Shown here: positions 1-9,362 of the stretch, one piece after another
Position numbering within the stretch: the first letter of the stretch is position 1
How the letters are laid out: each line of letters begins with the position of its first letter
Assembly (NCBI GenBank): GCA_036478295.1
Contig: JAZGDW010000154.1
Location: 1 to 15,836 of the forward strand
Direction: 5' to 3'
Source of the DNA: Candidatus Krumholzibacteriia bacterium
GTDB taxonomy: Bacteria > Krumholzibacteriota > Krumholzibacteriia > WVZY01
DNA length: 15,836 nucleotides
Made by a program: the position numbers and the translations under genes
Notes under the pieces: generated by a model
Databases searched by the model: none
Told to the model about the DNA's origin: nothing
What the model saw: only the letters and a program-made list of their open reading frames with translations

Positions 1-67
1 GGGGGCTTGCACAGTCGAGCCCTGATGGGTTCCGCCAGAATCGTTGCAGTACCGGCCGGCGGTACCG

Positions 68-2752
68 TTATTTCAGAACGGTCAGCTTGAGGTTCCGGGT
101 GTGGTTCCCGGTCTGGATGCGCATGAAATAGACACCGCTTGCGACCGGACGATCGCCCGTCGCCGTGGCGTTCCATTCGACGACATGCCGGCCCGCAGCC
201 AGCGGGGCATCGAGCAACTGCTTCACCAGGCGCCCCTGAACATCGTAAATCGTCACGCGCACCACCGCCCGCCGAGCGAGCTCGAGCGTGAGGCGCGTGG
301 TGGGGTTGAACGGATTCGGAGACGCGACCGCCCTCGTGATATCGCGGCCGGGTGCCACCGGGATCGACCCGCCGCTGGACGGCACGAGGAAACCGTTTGT
401 ACGGGTGAACTCGAGGTTCTGGTCTCGGTACCTCACTCGCGTCACGCTGGGCCCGTAAAACAGGAAATCCGCGTCGCCGCGGTCGATGTCGATGGTCACG
501 CCGTCCGACGCGCAGTTTGCCCTGCCGTCCGTAATCCGCACCCAGTCCCGGTTTTCCAGCGACAGGCGGCTGACGTTCGAGACCATAAACTGCTGCGGTC
601 CGTTCTCGTCGAAACGAACAAGGGCGAACGCCGCATCGGTCTTCATGGGGGATCTCTCCGACCGGCTCGTTTGCCGCGGCTCTTCGAAGGGGTCCCGCCG
701 CGAGCGGTGCGAGAGCAGGGCCGTCGCATCAATGGTCACCAGCCCACCCAGTGGATTGTGGATGAAGCAATCGATGAGGCCGTTGTCCCATTCCATGATG
801 CTGGCCGACCCCCACGTGTAGTCTTTCCGTGACACCTCCGCGACTGGCGTGCCGGCGCCTGCTGGCACCAGGATGAAAGCGAAGTGCGGGTTCACCGCCA
901 CGCGGGTAAACCCCAGGACCGTTGCGTCCGGGTCGGTGGTACCGTTATCGAAGGGTACGACGGTGACGGCGAGCGGGCCGAACGCGGAACCGGCCGTGTG
1001 GACGTCGAGGCGGCTCGATCCACTCGAGATGCGGATGGGACTCGAGCCGGCATCGACCGCGTTCTGGTCTGAGGTATGAAGGCGCCACTCGTAGGTGTGC
1101 GGGAGACCGTCCTTGTCGATGTCGTCCATGATGATGAAATACGGCGGCCCGCCGCTGCCGTGCACGGCGACGACGTTGCGCCGCGCGTGGCGGACCGGGT
1201 TGCCGCTGTCGTAACCCCACGACCAGTCGATACCGGTAAAAGGCTGGTCGGGGTCGTTGAAGGGACTATGCGTCGTGTACGCGGCAGTTGCATCCCCCTG
1301 CAGGTAATCGGCAAAACCGTTCATCAGGAACTCGCTGATACGGCCGTCGGTGCCGATGGAGGAACCGGCGTTGTGTTGGCCAACACCGTCGATCAGAACG
1401 ATGCTGTGCGCCTCGCTCTGCTTGGCGACGGGTCCCGGGCCGTGATCGACGGCAAAGCGGCTCCCGTAACCGTATAGCGTGAACTGGTTCTGGTCCTCCT
1501 GCGCGTGACCGCCGTGAAACTTTCCCGCGTAAAAAGTGAACAGGACGTCTTCGGAGCTTGCCGAAGTTTGCCATCCCGTGCGGTAACTGTAGAAGCCGCG
1601 GTCTTGCCACAGCCTGGATCGCGGTAGCAGCGCGTCCGGCTGCTGGGGGGCCAGTGCCTGGTGCCACAGGGCCGTGGCGACCTTGTCGGCCAACAGTCCC
1701 GTGTCCACACCGTACGTTCCCGAGGTATGCTCCCAGATCCACGCGGAGAGCCCACTGTCCCACTCGTTCTGCGCCCAGTCGAAGTAGGTATTGTTCATGC
1801 TCAGCGGATAATTGCTGTAGGAAGAGCCATTGATATTGTTAACGTGGGCCAAGCCCTCGGGCAGGATCTCATAGGCGAGCCACTCTTCGAGGGCGCGGAT
1901 TTTCGGATGATCGGCGTAGCGGAAACCGTCGTAGGCTTCGCGCGCATGAAAATAATAGATGAGATGCCTCATCGTCCACGCCGCGTACAGCGAGCCCTCG
2001 TTGTAAGAGCCGCCGTCGCCGAACTGGTGCGTGAGAAGACTGTCGATGATAGCATCGGCCCTCTCCATCGAGTCGCTGACGAGTGCGGGGTCCACCTCAT
2101 CGTCCAGGCAAATCGCTGCCAGTCCCAGTGCACCGGCGACCATGGCACTGTGGTTGGCGAGGTAGGGCCGGTACACGAACACGAGGTAGGGAAACGAGTT
2201 CGTCATCGCCTGCATGTAGGAGACCATTTCGTCCCGGATGCGAACGCGCAGCGAGTCGTGCACGTCCTTGAAGAACATGTCGTAGCCGAACGCCAGCGCC
2301 TGCAGACGAAACGCCGAGTTGGCCTCGTTAAAGTCGACGTCGTAGTTATCCGCGAGGTAATAGGTCACGTCACGGCCAATGTCGCGTGCCGCGTTATCGA
2401 GTTTCCTTGGGACGTGCGTCGCGAGTCCCAGGTGGGGAATCGTGGTGGTGCCGAAGTCATTCCACAGCAGCGTGGCTGTACTCCAGAAGGGGTAGGCGTT
2501 GTCCGCCATGTTGCGGATGAATGCGTAAGCGTCGTCGTCGCGACCACCGTTCCAGAGCTTGGAGCGCAGCGGCCTGCGTTCGGATTCGTTGAACAACAGT
2601 TTGGGATGGTTGGCGTCGTAGAGGGAATCGCTGACGGTGGTCGTAACGGGTCCAGCCGCGGCGGCCGATGCCGCGAAAAAGACAACGCCCGCAAGGGGCA
2701 TTACGCCTGTGGCCATGCGGAACCAGCGCAGCATGGCATGAGGATACCGCAA
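68..2752 (-). CDS. Secreted heparinase II/III-family (PL12/15/17/21-like) polysaccharide lyase with C-terminal FlgD-Ig/T9SS-like sorting domain
   Basis: 894-aa ORF (TTG start; alternative ATGs at 2734/2716). Signal-peptide-like 'VVFFAASAAAA'. Motifs LANHSAM, YNEGSLY, HGGHAQEDQNQF and SEAHSIVLIDG. C-terminal 'ASPNPFNPTT...IYDVQGRLV...VASGVYFMRI...KLTVLK'. Confidence 0.8.
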   Translation of the reverse strand: MRYPHAMLRWFRMATGVMPLAGVVFFAASAAAAGPVTTTVSDSLYDANHPKLLFNESERRPLRSKLWNGGRDDDAYAFIRNMADNAYPFWSTATLLWNDFGTTTIPHLGLATHVPRKLDNAARDIGRDVTYYLADNYDVDFNEANSAFRLQALAFGYDMFFKDVHDSLRVRIRDEMVSYMQAMTNSFPYLVFVYRPYLANHSAMVAGALGLAAICLDDEVDPALVSDSMERADAIIDSLLTHQFGDGGSYNEGSLYAAWTMRHLIYYFHAREAYDGFRYADHPKIRALEEWLAYEILPEGLAHVNNINGSSYSNYPLSMNNTYFDWAQNEWDSGLSAWIWEHTSGTYGVDTGLLADKVATALWHQALAPQQPDALLPRSRLWQDRGFYSYRTGWQTSASSEDVLFTFYAGKFHGGHAQEDQNQFTLYGYGSRFAVDHGPGPVAKQSEAHSIVLIDGVGQHNAGSSIGTDGRISEFLMNGFADYLQGDATAAYTTHSPFNDPDQPFTGIDWSWGYDSGNPVRHARRNVVAVHGSGGPPYFIIMDDIDKDGLPHTYEWRLHTSDQNAVDAGSSPIRISSGSSRLDVHTAGSAFGPLAVTVVPFDNGTTDPDATVLGFTRVAVNPHFAFILVPAGAGTPVAEVSRKDYTWGSASIMEWDNGLIDCFIHNPLGGLVTIDATALLSHRSRRDPFEEPRQTSRSERSPMKTDAAFALVRFDENGPQQFMVSNVSRLSLENRDWVRITDGRANCASDGVTIDIDRGDADFLFYGPSVTRVRYRDQNLEFTRTNGFLVPSSGGSIPVAPGRDITRAVASPNPFNPTTRLTLELARRAVVRVTIYDVQGRLVKQLLDAPLAAGRHVVEWNATATGDRPVASGVYFMRIQTGNHTRNLKLTVLK

Positions 2753-2835
2753 AGGCGGCGCCGGCGGGGGAAATTCGGGACCGCGACGCGGTTACGCTAT
2801 GAGCGGCAAAGGGTTAATTCGGCTGCCGGACGGCG

Positions 2836-4059
2836 CTAGAGCAGGGTCTTGAGGTCGAAGTCCGGGTCCCGGAGGGCGTCATCCTTGCCGGCGAGGTTCG
2901 TCCGGTTGCGGATGAGACGCTGTAGCCTGGGGAATTCGCGCGAGTTCGAATTGATCGCGAAATACGCGGTGAGCCGGTCATCCTTGAGGTAGAGCACGGT
3001 AAGGGGCGTGCCGCCGATCGTGCCGCGAACCAGCACGCGATCGCGCTCGCTCTCGTCACCGGCGAACTCGATGTGCAGGTCGAAGACGTCCGACCACACG
3101 TAACTCAACAAGTCGTAGGTTCTGCTGTCACCGGTCATGTTGAGACCGGCGACCTGGCCGCAGTACTCGGCGTGGCCCCAGTGTTCGACGCGGCGGCGTT
3201 TGTCGAAAACCGGATCCGGATAATTCACGACATCGCCGGCCGCGTATATGTCTGGGTGCGAGGTCTGCAGGTGCTCGTTGACCACGATGCCGTCTGTGAC
3301 CTCCAGGCCGGCATCTTCGGCCAGGCGTGTCTCCGGGCGGATGCCCACGCCCACACACACGAAATCGCACCGCACCGTCCGGCCCGAGGCGGTAACGGCG
3401 CCCGTCGAGCGCCCGGCTCCGGGCAGGGCGGTGACCTTGTCGCCGGTGATGAAGCGCACTCCCCTGTGCTCGCAGTACTCCTGCACGAAACCGGCCAGCG
3501 AGGTGTCCAGGAAACCCGGCCAGATGTGCGGCAGCGCCTCGACCACGGTGACCTCGACGCCGAGTGCGGTCAGCGACGCAGCCGCCTCCATACCGATGAA
3601 CCCCCCACCGATGACCAGCGCGGCCCCTCCCGAAGCCGCACGGCGCGCAATCGCCTGCGCATCGTCCAGCGATCGCAGGTAGAAGACACCGTCGAGGTCT
3701 GCGCCTGGAATGTCGAGACGTACCGGTTCGCCACCGGTGGCGATGAGCGCCTTCTCGAACGTGATGTGCCCGCCGCCGGCGAGATGCGCCGTGTGCGCGG
3801 CGACATCCAGCCCTTCGACCGGGTCACCGAGAAGGGTCTCTATTTGTTTTTCTTCGAAAAACGTGCGGGGTTCGAACAGGAGTTGTGACGGTTCCTTCTC
3901 GCCGCGCAGGAACTCTTTCGACAACGGCGGCCGATCGTAGGGCAAGTGAGGTTCTTTTCCGACCAGCGTGATGGCGCCGGCGGCATCCTTCATACGGATG
4001 AGCCTGGCGGCGTGCATGCTCGCCATACCGCCGCCGATGAGCAGGTAGTTGGTTTTCAT
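2836..4059 (-). CDS. FAD/NAD(P)-dependent oxidoreductase (ferredoxin reductase / AIF-like)
   Basis: Rossmann motifs IGGGMAS and IGGGFIGMEAA, plus PYDRPPLSK, ATGG, TSHPDIYAAGD, RVEHW and YVWSD. Confidence 0.92.
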   Translation of the reverse strand: MKTNYLLIGGGMASMHAARLIRMKDAAGAITLVGKEPHLPYDRPPLSKEFLRGEKEPSQLLFEPRTFFEEKQIETLLGDPVEGLDVAAHTAHLAGGGHITFEKALIATGGEPVRLDIPGADLDGVFYLRSLDDAQAIARRAASGGAALVIGGGFIGMEAAASLTALGVEVTVVEALPHIWPGFLDTSLAGFVQEYCEHRGVRFITGDKVTALPGAGRSTGAVTASGRTVRCDFVCVGVGIRPETRLAEDAGLEVTDGIVVNEHLQTSHPDIYAAGDVVNYPDPVFDKRRRVEHWGHAEYCGQVAGLNMTGDSRTYDLLSYVWSDVFDLHIEFAGDESERDRVLVRGTIGGTPLTVLYLKDDRLTAYFAINSNSREFPRLQRLIRNRTNLAGKDDALRDPDFDLKTLL

Positions 4060-4114
4060 CGGGGTTCCCCGCGTGCACGGCCGGCCGTCGGCCTCGACGT
4101 TCCGGGGGGTGCTG

Positions 4115-5041
4115 TCACTCGCGCCACGGAACGGGGAGGTTCAGCCTCTCTAGCTTGGCTTCGAGTTCGTTTCGTTCACGATTGCGCTTCCATCCCTTTT
4201 CTCCCCGTCTCAACCAGCCGAATTCCGTAGCGAGTGCGATGGCGCGCTCTTTGTCACCTCCGCCCAGCGCGGAGATGATCTCGCTGTCGAGCCGGGTCAG
4301 GTTAAGGGTGTGCCGGTAGTAATCTAGAAACGCCTCCCACACCACCGGGCACCAGCGGCTGACGATTTCGTAACCGATGGCTCGTGAATAGGCGCGAATC
4401 TCCTCCTGTGCGTGGTCATCCAGGCGCAGTGACAGGAAGTGGAGGAGGTTGTGGAGATCGATCTTCCAGTACGCCTCCGTGTACGTGGAGAGCGGCAGAT
4501 CCTTGCGCGCCTGTTCCCGCGCGACACCGGTGTCGAGGCGTTCCTGGTAGACCTGCCGGCTGAGTTCCTGCAATTCGGCTTCACGCCTGCTGAGCTCCGC
4601 GCCCTTGTCCTCGTCGACCCATCCGTCGCTGCCCTGTTTGCTGGAGACGGACTGCGTGCGCCACTGGCCGGCCGGCGTGCGCTGCGCGGAGTCGATGGCA
4701 ATCGAATAACGGGTGGAGTATTCGTTGACGTTGGCCGTGCGGTGGCGGATCCACTGCCGCCAGCAATCCATGGGTACGCGGACATGCAGCTTGATCTCGC
4801 ACATCTCGAACGGTGTCGTGTGCCGGTGGCGCAGGAGGTAGCGAATCAAGCCCCGGTCCTCGGAGACCTTTTTCGTGCCCTTGCCGTAGGACACGCGCGC
4901 GGCTTGCACAATCGATTCGTCCGAGCCCATGTAATCCACGACACGGACGAAACCGTCGTCGAGCACCTTGATGGGCTTTCCGAGAATCTCATCCAGCGCC
5001 TCCGCGCTCGGGCGCTCGTGTCTTTCCTCACCGGTCGTCAT
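4115..5041 (-). CDS. thyX: FAD-dependent thymidylate synthase ThyX
   Basis: Motifs IVQAARVSY, HTTPFE, RQWIRHRTANVNEYSTRY (ThyX signature), AREQARKDLP, NLLHFLSLR and HAQEEIR. RBS AGGAG upstream. Confidence 0.96.
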   Translation of the reverse strand: MTTGEERHERPSAEALDEILGKPIKVLDDGFVRVVDYMGSDESIVQAARVSYGKGTKKVSEDRGLIRYLLRHRHTTPFEMCEIKLHVRVPMDCWRQWIRHRTANVNEYSTRYSIAIDSAQRTPAGQWRTQSVSSKQGSDGWVDEDKGAELSRREAELQELSRQVYQERLDTGVAREQARKDLPLSTYTEAYWKIDLHNLLHFLSLRLDDHAQEEIRAYSRAIGYEIVSRWCPVVWEAFLDYYRHTLNLTRLDSEIISALGGGDKERAIALATEFGWLRRGEKGWKRNRERNELEAKLERLNLPVPWRE

Positions 5042-5086
5042 CGAGCGGCTCCTGGCTCAGGATCAAAACCACAGGTTGAAAAGGCC

Positions 5087-5116
5087 ATAATATATTGAAA
5101 AAGCGGAGGTTGTCAA
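5087..5116 (-). promoter_or_regulatory. Putative sigma70 promoter for thyX
   Basis: Minus strand has TTGACA (5116-5111) followed by TATATT (16-bp spacer) or TATTAT (18-bp spacer), in an AT-rich intergenic gap. Confidence 0.6.
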
Positions 5117-5120
5117 TCGG

Positions 5121-6245
5121 TCACTCGCCCCGGCGGACCGCCTCGAAACGCTCGTCGTAGAGGGGCGCCGTGTCGCGCCAGTCGTAGCGCCGGGCCGCTT
5201 CGCGGAGGTCATGCGTCTCGAGGGACGTGAAGTTGCAGACGGCCTCGTCCAGTTTCTCCACCAGTTCGTCGAATTCCTCGTAGAAACATGCGGAATACCG
5301 CTCTTCGGGGATGAGCTCCGGGTAGGCGAGCCGCCGCGGCAGGATGGGAAAGCACCCGCAGTACATCGCTTCGAGGACGCTGCCGCCGAAGAAATCCTGG
5401 TTGGAAGTGACGGGCAGGATGTGCGAGCGCCACAGCCACCCGGCGTATTCACGGCGGCTGGCGACGTATCCCGAATGGATGATGCGCTCGCCCAGTGCCG
5501 AGGCGCCCGCGAGAAACGGTGCGGGAACGACGTCGAAGACCTCGCCCACCAGCGCGACGTCGAAGGCCCGGCCGCGCCCGGCGACCAACTGCAGGGCGGC
5601 GAAGAAATCCTCCGGGTTCTTGTCGTACTCCCAGCGATGGTTCCACAGGACCAGCGGCCGCGGACTCTTCACGCCCTCGGTGGCCGGTCGATCCCCGGCC
5701 GCATCCAGCGAGTGCAGGTCGAAGCCGAGTGGTAGTACTTCACACTTGCGCCGAATAACGGCCACCTGGCCCAGTTCCTGGTGGTCGGGGAACTGTCTCA
5801 GAAACACCGGCAGCGCTTCGAGGAACGAGTTCATGTGGTAGCGCGAATTAAAGAACACGCGGTCGCACGCGAGGGCGGACACAAAATTGATAAAGCTGTA
5901 GTGACGGTCCCATGCGCGGCGCTTGTCGCGGTCTTTCGGTGACCAGGGATAGGTCAGCTGGTTTTCATGAAAGTAGATGGCGGTGGGGATGCCGGCGGTG
6001 ACCTTGCGCGTCAGCGCCAGGAAGGCGCCCATGTCGAGCATGTCGGTCGCCAGCAAGAAATCGGGCCGGTAGCCGCCCGCGAGGAACCGTTCGGCCAGCG
6101 TGACAGCGCCGCCGTGCATGCGCCATTTCCAGTGGCTGCCGCTGAGCTCGAGTATCTCCACGCGGTGCCGGCTGTGCGCGGCGAGACCTTCCGCCCAGGA
6201 CGCGTGGGATCCGGTGTAGAACGGTTCGAGCAGGACGATGTTCAT
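5121..6245 (-). CDS. DUF3524-domain GT-B glycosyltransferase (GTDC1/QTMAN-like)
   Basis: N-terminal LLEPFYTGSHASW, HWKWRMHG and YFHENQLTYP motifs, followed by LWNHRWEYDKNP and QDFFGGSVLEAMYCGCFPILPRRLAYPE. Confidence 0.88.
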   Translation of the reverse strand: MNIVLLEPFYTGSHASWAEGLAAHSRHRVEILELSGSHWKWRMHGGAVTLAERFLAGGYRPDFLLATDMLDMGAFLALTRKVTAGIPTAIYFHENQLTYPWSPKDRDKRRAWDRHYSFINFVSALACDRVFFNSRYHMNSFLEALPVFLRQFPDHQELGQVAVIRRKCEVLPLGFDLHSLDAAGDRPATEGVKSPRPLVLWNHRWEYDKNPEDFFAALQLVAGRGRAFDVALVGEVFDVVPAPFLAGASALGERIIHSGYVASRREYAGWLWRSHILPVTSNQDFFGGSVLEAMYCGCFPILPRRLAYPELIPEERYSACFYEEFDELVEKLDEAVCNFTSLETHDLREAARRYDWRDTAPLYDERFEAVRRGE

Positions 6246-6302
6246 GGACGCAGCCGGTCGTCACCAGCTCCTGGTGGGCAAGTCGTTATGGAACCGGCGT
6301 CC

Positions 6303-7460
6303 CTAGGCGGCAAGCGCCTGGCCCAGGTCCGAGATGAGATCGTCGGCCGCTTCGATGCCGACCGACATGCGCACCAGCGTGTCCGAGATGCCGCTTCGTT
6401 TCAGCTCGTCGCCGGAGAGACCCGCATGAGAGGTAACCGCCGGTCGCGTGAGCAGGGATTCCACACCGCCGAGACTGGGTGCGATCAGCGGAATACGCAC
6501 CGACCGCATGAACCGGTTGACGTCGTCCAGGTCGCCCTTCAGCTCGAAGCTCAACATGCCGCCAAACCCGTCGAACAGCTCACGTGCTCTCTCGTGCTGT
6601 GGATGATTCTCCAGCCCGGGGTAGTTAACGCTGGCGACCGCCGTGTGCGAGTCGAGGAATTCAGCGATCTTCTGTGCGTTGTCATTCTGGCACCGCACGC
6701 GCAGTGCCAGGGTCTTCAGCCCACGATGCAGCAGAAAACACGCGTGCGGGTCGAGCGTGCCTCCCAGGTGGTCGGTCTTGAACTTGGTTGCCTTGACGAG
6801 GTCGCCCCTGCCGATGACCGCGCCCGCCACAATATCGGAATGGCCGTTCATGTATTTGGTGCAGCTGTGCAGCGACAGGTCGAACCCCAACTCGGCCGGG
6901 CGAAAGTTGATCGGGCTGGCAAACGTGTTGTCGATCATCGTAATCAGGTTGTGCGCGCGGGCGAAGTCGACGACCGCCTTCAGGTCGCCCACGGTCATCA
7001 ACGGGTTGGCGATGCTCTCTACGTAGAACACCCGCGTGCCGGGACGAAGCTTCGTCTCCCACGAGCCCGGGTCATCCGCATCGACCAGGTCATGTTCGAT
7101 CCCGAGTCTCGGGAGATCCTTGAGCACCAGGTCGTGGGTGCCGCCGTAAAGACAGTTCTGGATCAGTATGTGGTCTCCCGCCGACAGCACGGCCAGCAGC
7201 GCGGTCGAGATCGCCGCCATGCCGCTCGCGGTGACGAGGGCGTCCTCGGCGTTTTCCAGAGCCGCCATTTTCGTGGCGAGCGCGACGTGGTTGGGCGTGT
7301 TGTTGAGCCGGATGTAACGGATGTCGTGATAGCCCTCACCCCCGAAAGTCTCGAACGTCGAGGACTGAAAGATCGGCAGGCTCACCGCGCCGTCCATGCG
7401 GGGCACCGGCTCACCGGCGTGGACCAGCTTGGTTTCGATGCTCTTGTAATCTTCGGTCAT
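6303..7460 (-). CDS. PLP-dependent Cys/Met metabolism enzyme (cystathionine gamma-synthase/lyase or methionine gamma-lyase family)
   Basis: Motifs PIFQSSTF, ASGMAAI, YGGT, DNTFASP, HSCTKYMNGHSD (PLP lysine), SLGGVESL and RMSVGIE. RBS AAGGAG. Confidence 0.93.
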   Translation of the reverse strand: MTEDYKSIETKLVHAGEPVPRMDGAVSLPIFQSSTFETFGGEGYHDIRYIRLNNTPNHVALATKMAALENAEDALVTASGMAAISTALLAVLSAGDHILIQNCLYGGTHDLVLKDLPRLGIEHDLVDADDPGSWETKLRPGTRVFYVESIANPLMTVGDLKAVVDFARAHNLITMIDNTFASPINFRPAELGFDLSLHSCTKYMNGHSDIVAGAVIGRGDLVKATKFKTDHLGGTLDPHACFLLHRGLKTLALRVRCQNDNAQKIAEFLDSHTAVASVNYPGLENHPQHERARELFDGFGGMLSFELKGDLDDVNRFMRSVRIPLIAPSLGGVESLLTRPAVTSHAGLSGDELKRSGISDTLVRMSVGIEAADDLISDLGQALAA

Positions 7461-7567
7461 GTATTTCTCCTTTGACCCCGGAACCGGATTGACAGCTGCC
7501 GCCGATTTGCCGATGGTGGTGCTGTCGCGCGGGCGATGACCGTACCATCATAACACAAGGGGGGCGG

Positions 7568-8380
7568 GTGCGCTATCCCATCATGATTATCGTCGTTATC
7601 GCTGCAGCCTACGGGCTGCTGTGTCTGCTGGCGTACATTTTTCAACCGAGGCTGGTGTTCTTTCCCGACCGGCGCATGGGACCGACCCCCGTGCAACTCG
7701 GCGTGACCTACAAAGACGTTTTCTTCGAAACGGCGGACGGCGTCAGGCTGAACGGATGGTTCATTCCCGTCGAGCGGGCCAGCGGAGTGCTGCTTTTCTG
7801 CCACGGCAACGCGGGCAACATCTCGGACCGTCTCGAATCGATCCGTATTTTTCTAGACCTGGGACTGTCCGTTTTTATTTTCGACTACCGCGGGTATGGA
7901 CGAAGCGACGGCAGGATAAGCGAAGCGGGCACGTACGCCGACGCCCGCGCCGCCTTCGATTACCTGGTCGGCGAAGCGAAGGTGCCGCCGGGGCAAATCA
8001 TCATATTCGGCCGCTCGCTGGGCGCGGCGGTGGCGATCCACCTGGCGTTCCATCAGCGGCCGCGGGCGCTGGTCGTCGAGTCGGCGTTCACCTCCATCGC
8101 CGACATCGGACAGCGGGCCTATCCATTTCTGCCGGTGAAGTGGCTGTCGCGCATCCGGTACGATTCCACACGCTGGGTCCCCACCATGGACGTTCCCAAG
8201 CTCTTCATTCACAGCCCGGCAGACGACGTGGTGCCGTTCGACCTCGGTGAGCGCCTGTTCGCCGCGGCGGCGGAGCCCAAGACATTTCTCTCTATCGGCG
8301 GTGACCACAATGCGGGGTTTATCGATTCGGGAAACCTTTATATGGATGGATGGAGAAGTTTTCTCGACGCGGTGGAATGA
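7568..8380 (+). CDS. Membrane-anchored alpha/beta hydrolase (ABHD13/17-like)
   Basis: N-terminal TM helix, CHGNAGN, DYRGYGRS, nucleophile motif GRSLG, DDVVP and GGDHN. Start may be the GTG at 7568 or the ATG at 7583. Confidence 0.9.
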   Translation: MRYPIMIIVVIAAAYGLLCLLAYIFQPRLVFFPDRRMGPTPVQLGVTYKDVFFETADGVRLNGWFIPVERASGVLLFCHGNAGNISDRLESIRIFLDLGLSVFIFDYRGYGRSDGRISEAGTYADARAAFDYLVGEAKVPPGQIIIFGRSLGAAVAIHLAFHQRPRALVVESAFTSIADIGQRAYPFLPVKWLSRIRYDSTRWVPTMDVPKLFIHSPADDVVPFDLGERLFAAAAEPKTFLSIGGDHNAGFIDSGNLYMDGWRSFLDAVE

Positions 8381-8393
8381 ACCCGCGCGAGCA

Positions 8394-8942
8394 CTATGGA
8401 TTCTTCTGGGACTCCCTGGCCTTGCGCTGCCTGCGTTTCCACTTGTACGGCGCTTCGAACTTCGGTTTCGGCACGGCGCGTGACGCATCGACGATCCGCT
8501 GGGCCAGGTCGGGAAACCCGCTGTCCCCGTAGTAGCTCACCGTTTCGTACGCGAGCCCCATGCGAATCAGCCGCACGGCCAGCAGTTCTCCATCGACGAA
8601 GATATGGGCGAGCGTGCGGCGGTAACGGTCCCGCCCACCCGAGACGTATTCGATCCGTTTCGCCCGTGTCAGCATGACCCGGGTGGACTCGGCCGCCGCC
8701 TCGCCGTACGGCTGGCCCTCGTGAATTCCCAGGGCGGCGTGGGCGATTTCGGGTGTGTCGATACCGAGGACACGAATCGGTTTGCCCTTGATAAAAAACG
8801 TATCGCCGTCGTCGAAACGCACGTCGGCGAGTGCGACGGGTTTGGCGCCGCGGTAGGAGGGATGGTAGCCGTGCGGCGAACATGCGGCGAACGAGAGTGC
8901 CGCGGCGAGCGACAATAAACACTTCCAGTAATTCGCGCGCAT
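8394..8942 (-). CDS. Thermonuclease (SNase-family) lipoprotein
   Basis: Motifs DGDT, IRVLGIDTPE, DRYRRTLA and GLA. Lipobox-like FAAC at Cys21. Confidence 0.88.
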   Translation of the reverse strand: MRANYWKCLLSLAAALSFAACSPHGYHPSYRGAKPVALADVRFDDGDTFFIKGKPIRVLGIDTPEIAHAALGIHEGQPYGEAAAESTRVMLTRAKRIEYVSGGRDRYRRTLAHIFVDGELLAVRLIRMGLAYETVSYYGDSGFPDLAQRIVDASRAVPKPKFEAPYKWKRRQRKARESQKNP

Positions 8943-9264
8943 GTGACTTTTCCGAAATCGGTGGTTAATTGAACTCGGAACCGGCGCCGTAGCGTACGCC
9001 GGTTCTTACAGCCGGGACGCCGAGCGTATCACATGGGGCGAGAAAAACGAGACACGATCGACCGGCCCCCGCAATGAATTGGGTGAAAACACCTCTTTGG
9101 GCGACCCCGTTGGCTGCTTTCAAAAGTGGACACGTTGTGGACATTTGGGTGTCAACTTTGTGGCCGGATGGGGCCTGGGCGTGGATCCCTAACCGGTTGT
9201 GAAATAAATAATTTCCGTCCATTTCTGGGGTCGCAGGGAGGTAGCCCTTGACAAACCCGTTTGA

Positions 9265-9277
9265 AATCAATTAATTA
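9265..9277 (+). promoter_or_regulatory. IHF-binding consensus site
   Basis: AATCAATTAATTA matches WATCAANNNNTTR exactly and lies upstream of a sigma54-like motif. Confidence 0.45.
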
Positions 9278-9346
9278 AAGAACCCACTTGAATAACCCCA
9301 ATCTTATTCAGTGATTACCCCATAGCTCACAGGCAGTTTCGTCCTT

Positions 9347-9362
9347 TTGGCACAGGACTTGT
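9347..9362 (+). promoter_or_regulatory. Putative sigma54 (-24/-12) promoter of the TPR gene
   Basis: TTGGCACAGGACTTGT versus consensus TGGCAC-N5-TTGC (the -12 GC is GT here). Followed by RBS AGGAGA at 9375-9380. Confidence 0.55.

Noticed and set aside
68..7460. The five minus-strand genes as one dedicated pathway
   Set aside because: The functions are unrelated, gaps are 55-83 bp and thyX has its own promoter. Nothing in the sequence supports a single system.
44..7475. Long plus-strand ORFs (44-832, 1661-2839, 3073-3888, 5967-7475 and others)
   Set aside because: They are antisense shadows of well-supported minus-strand genes in GC-rich DNA and carry no family motifs.
7461..7567. SAM riboswitch upstream of the Cys/Met PLP enzyme
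   Set aside because: A GACAGC/GCTGTC-closed hairpin exists, but I cannot find SAM-I or SAM-II conserved elements on the gene's strand.
8965..9270. 101-aa minus-strand ORF in the nuclease/TPR intergenic region
   Set aside because: It has no recognisable motifs and overlaps AT-rich regulatory elements, so it is probably non-coding.
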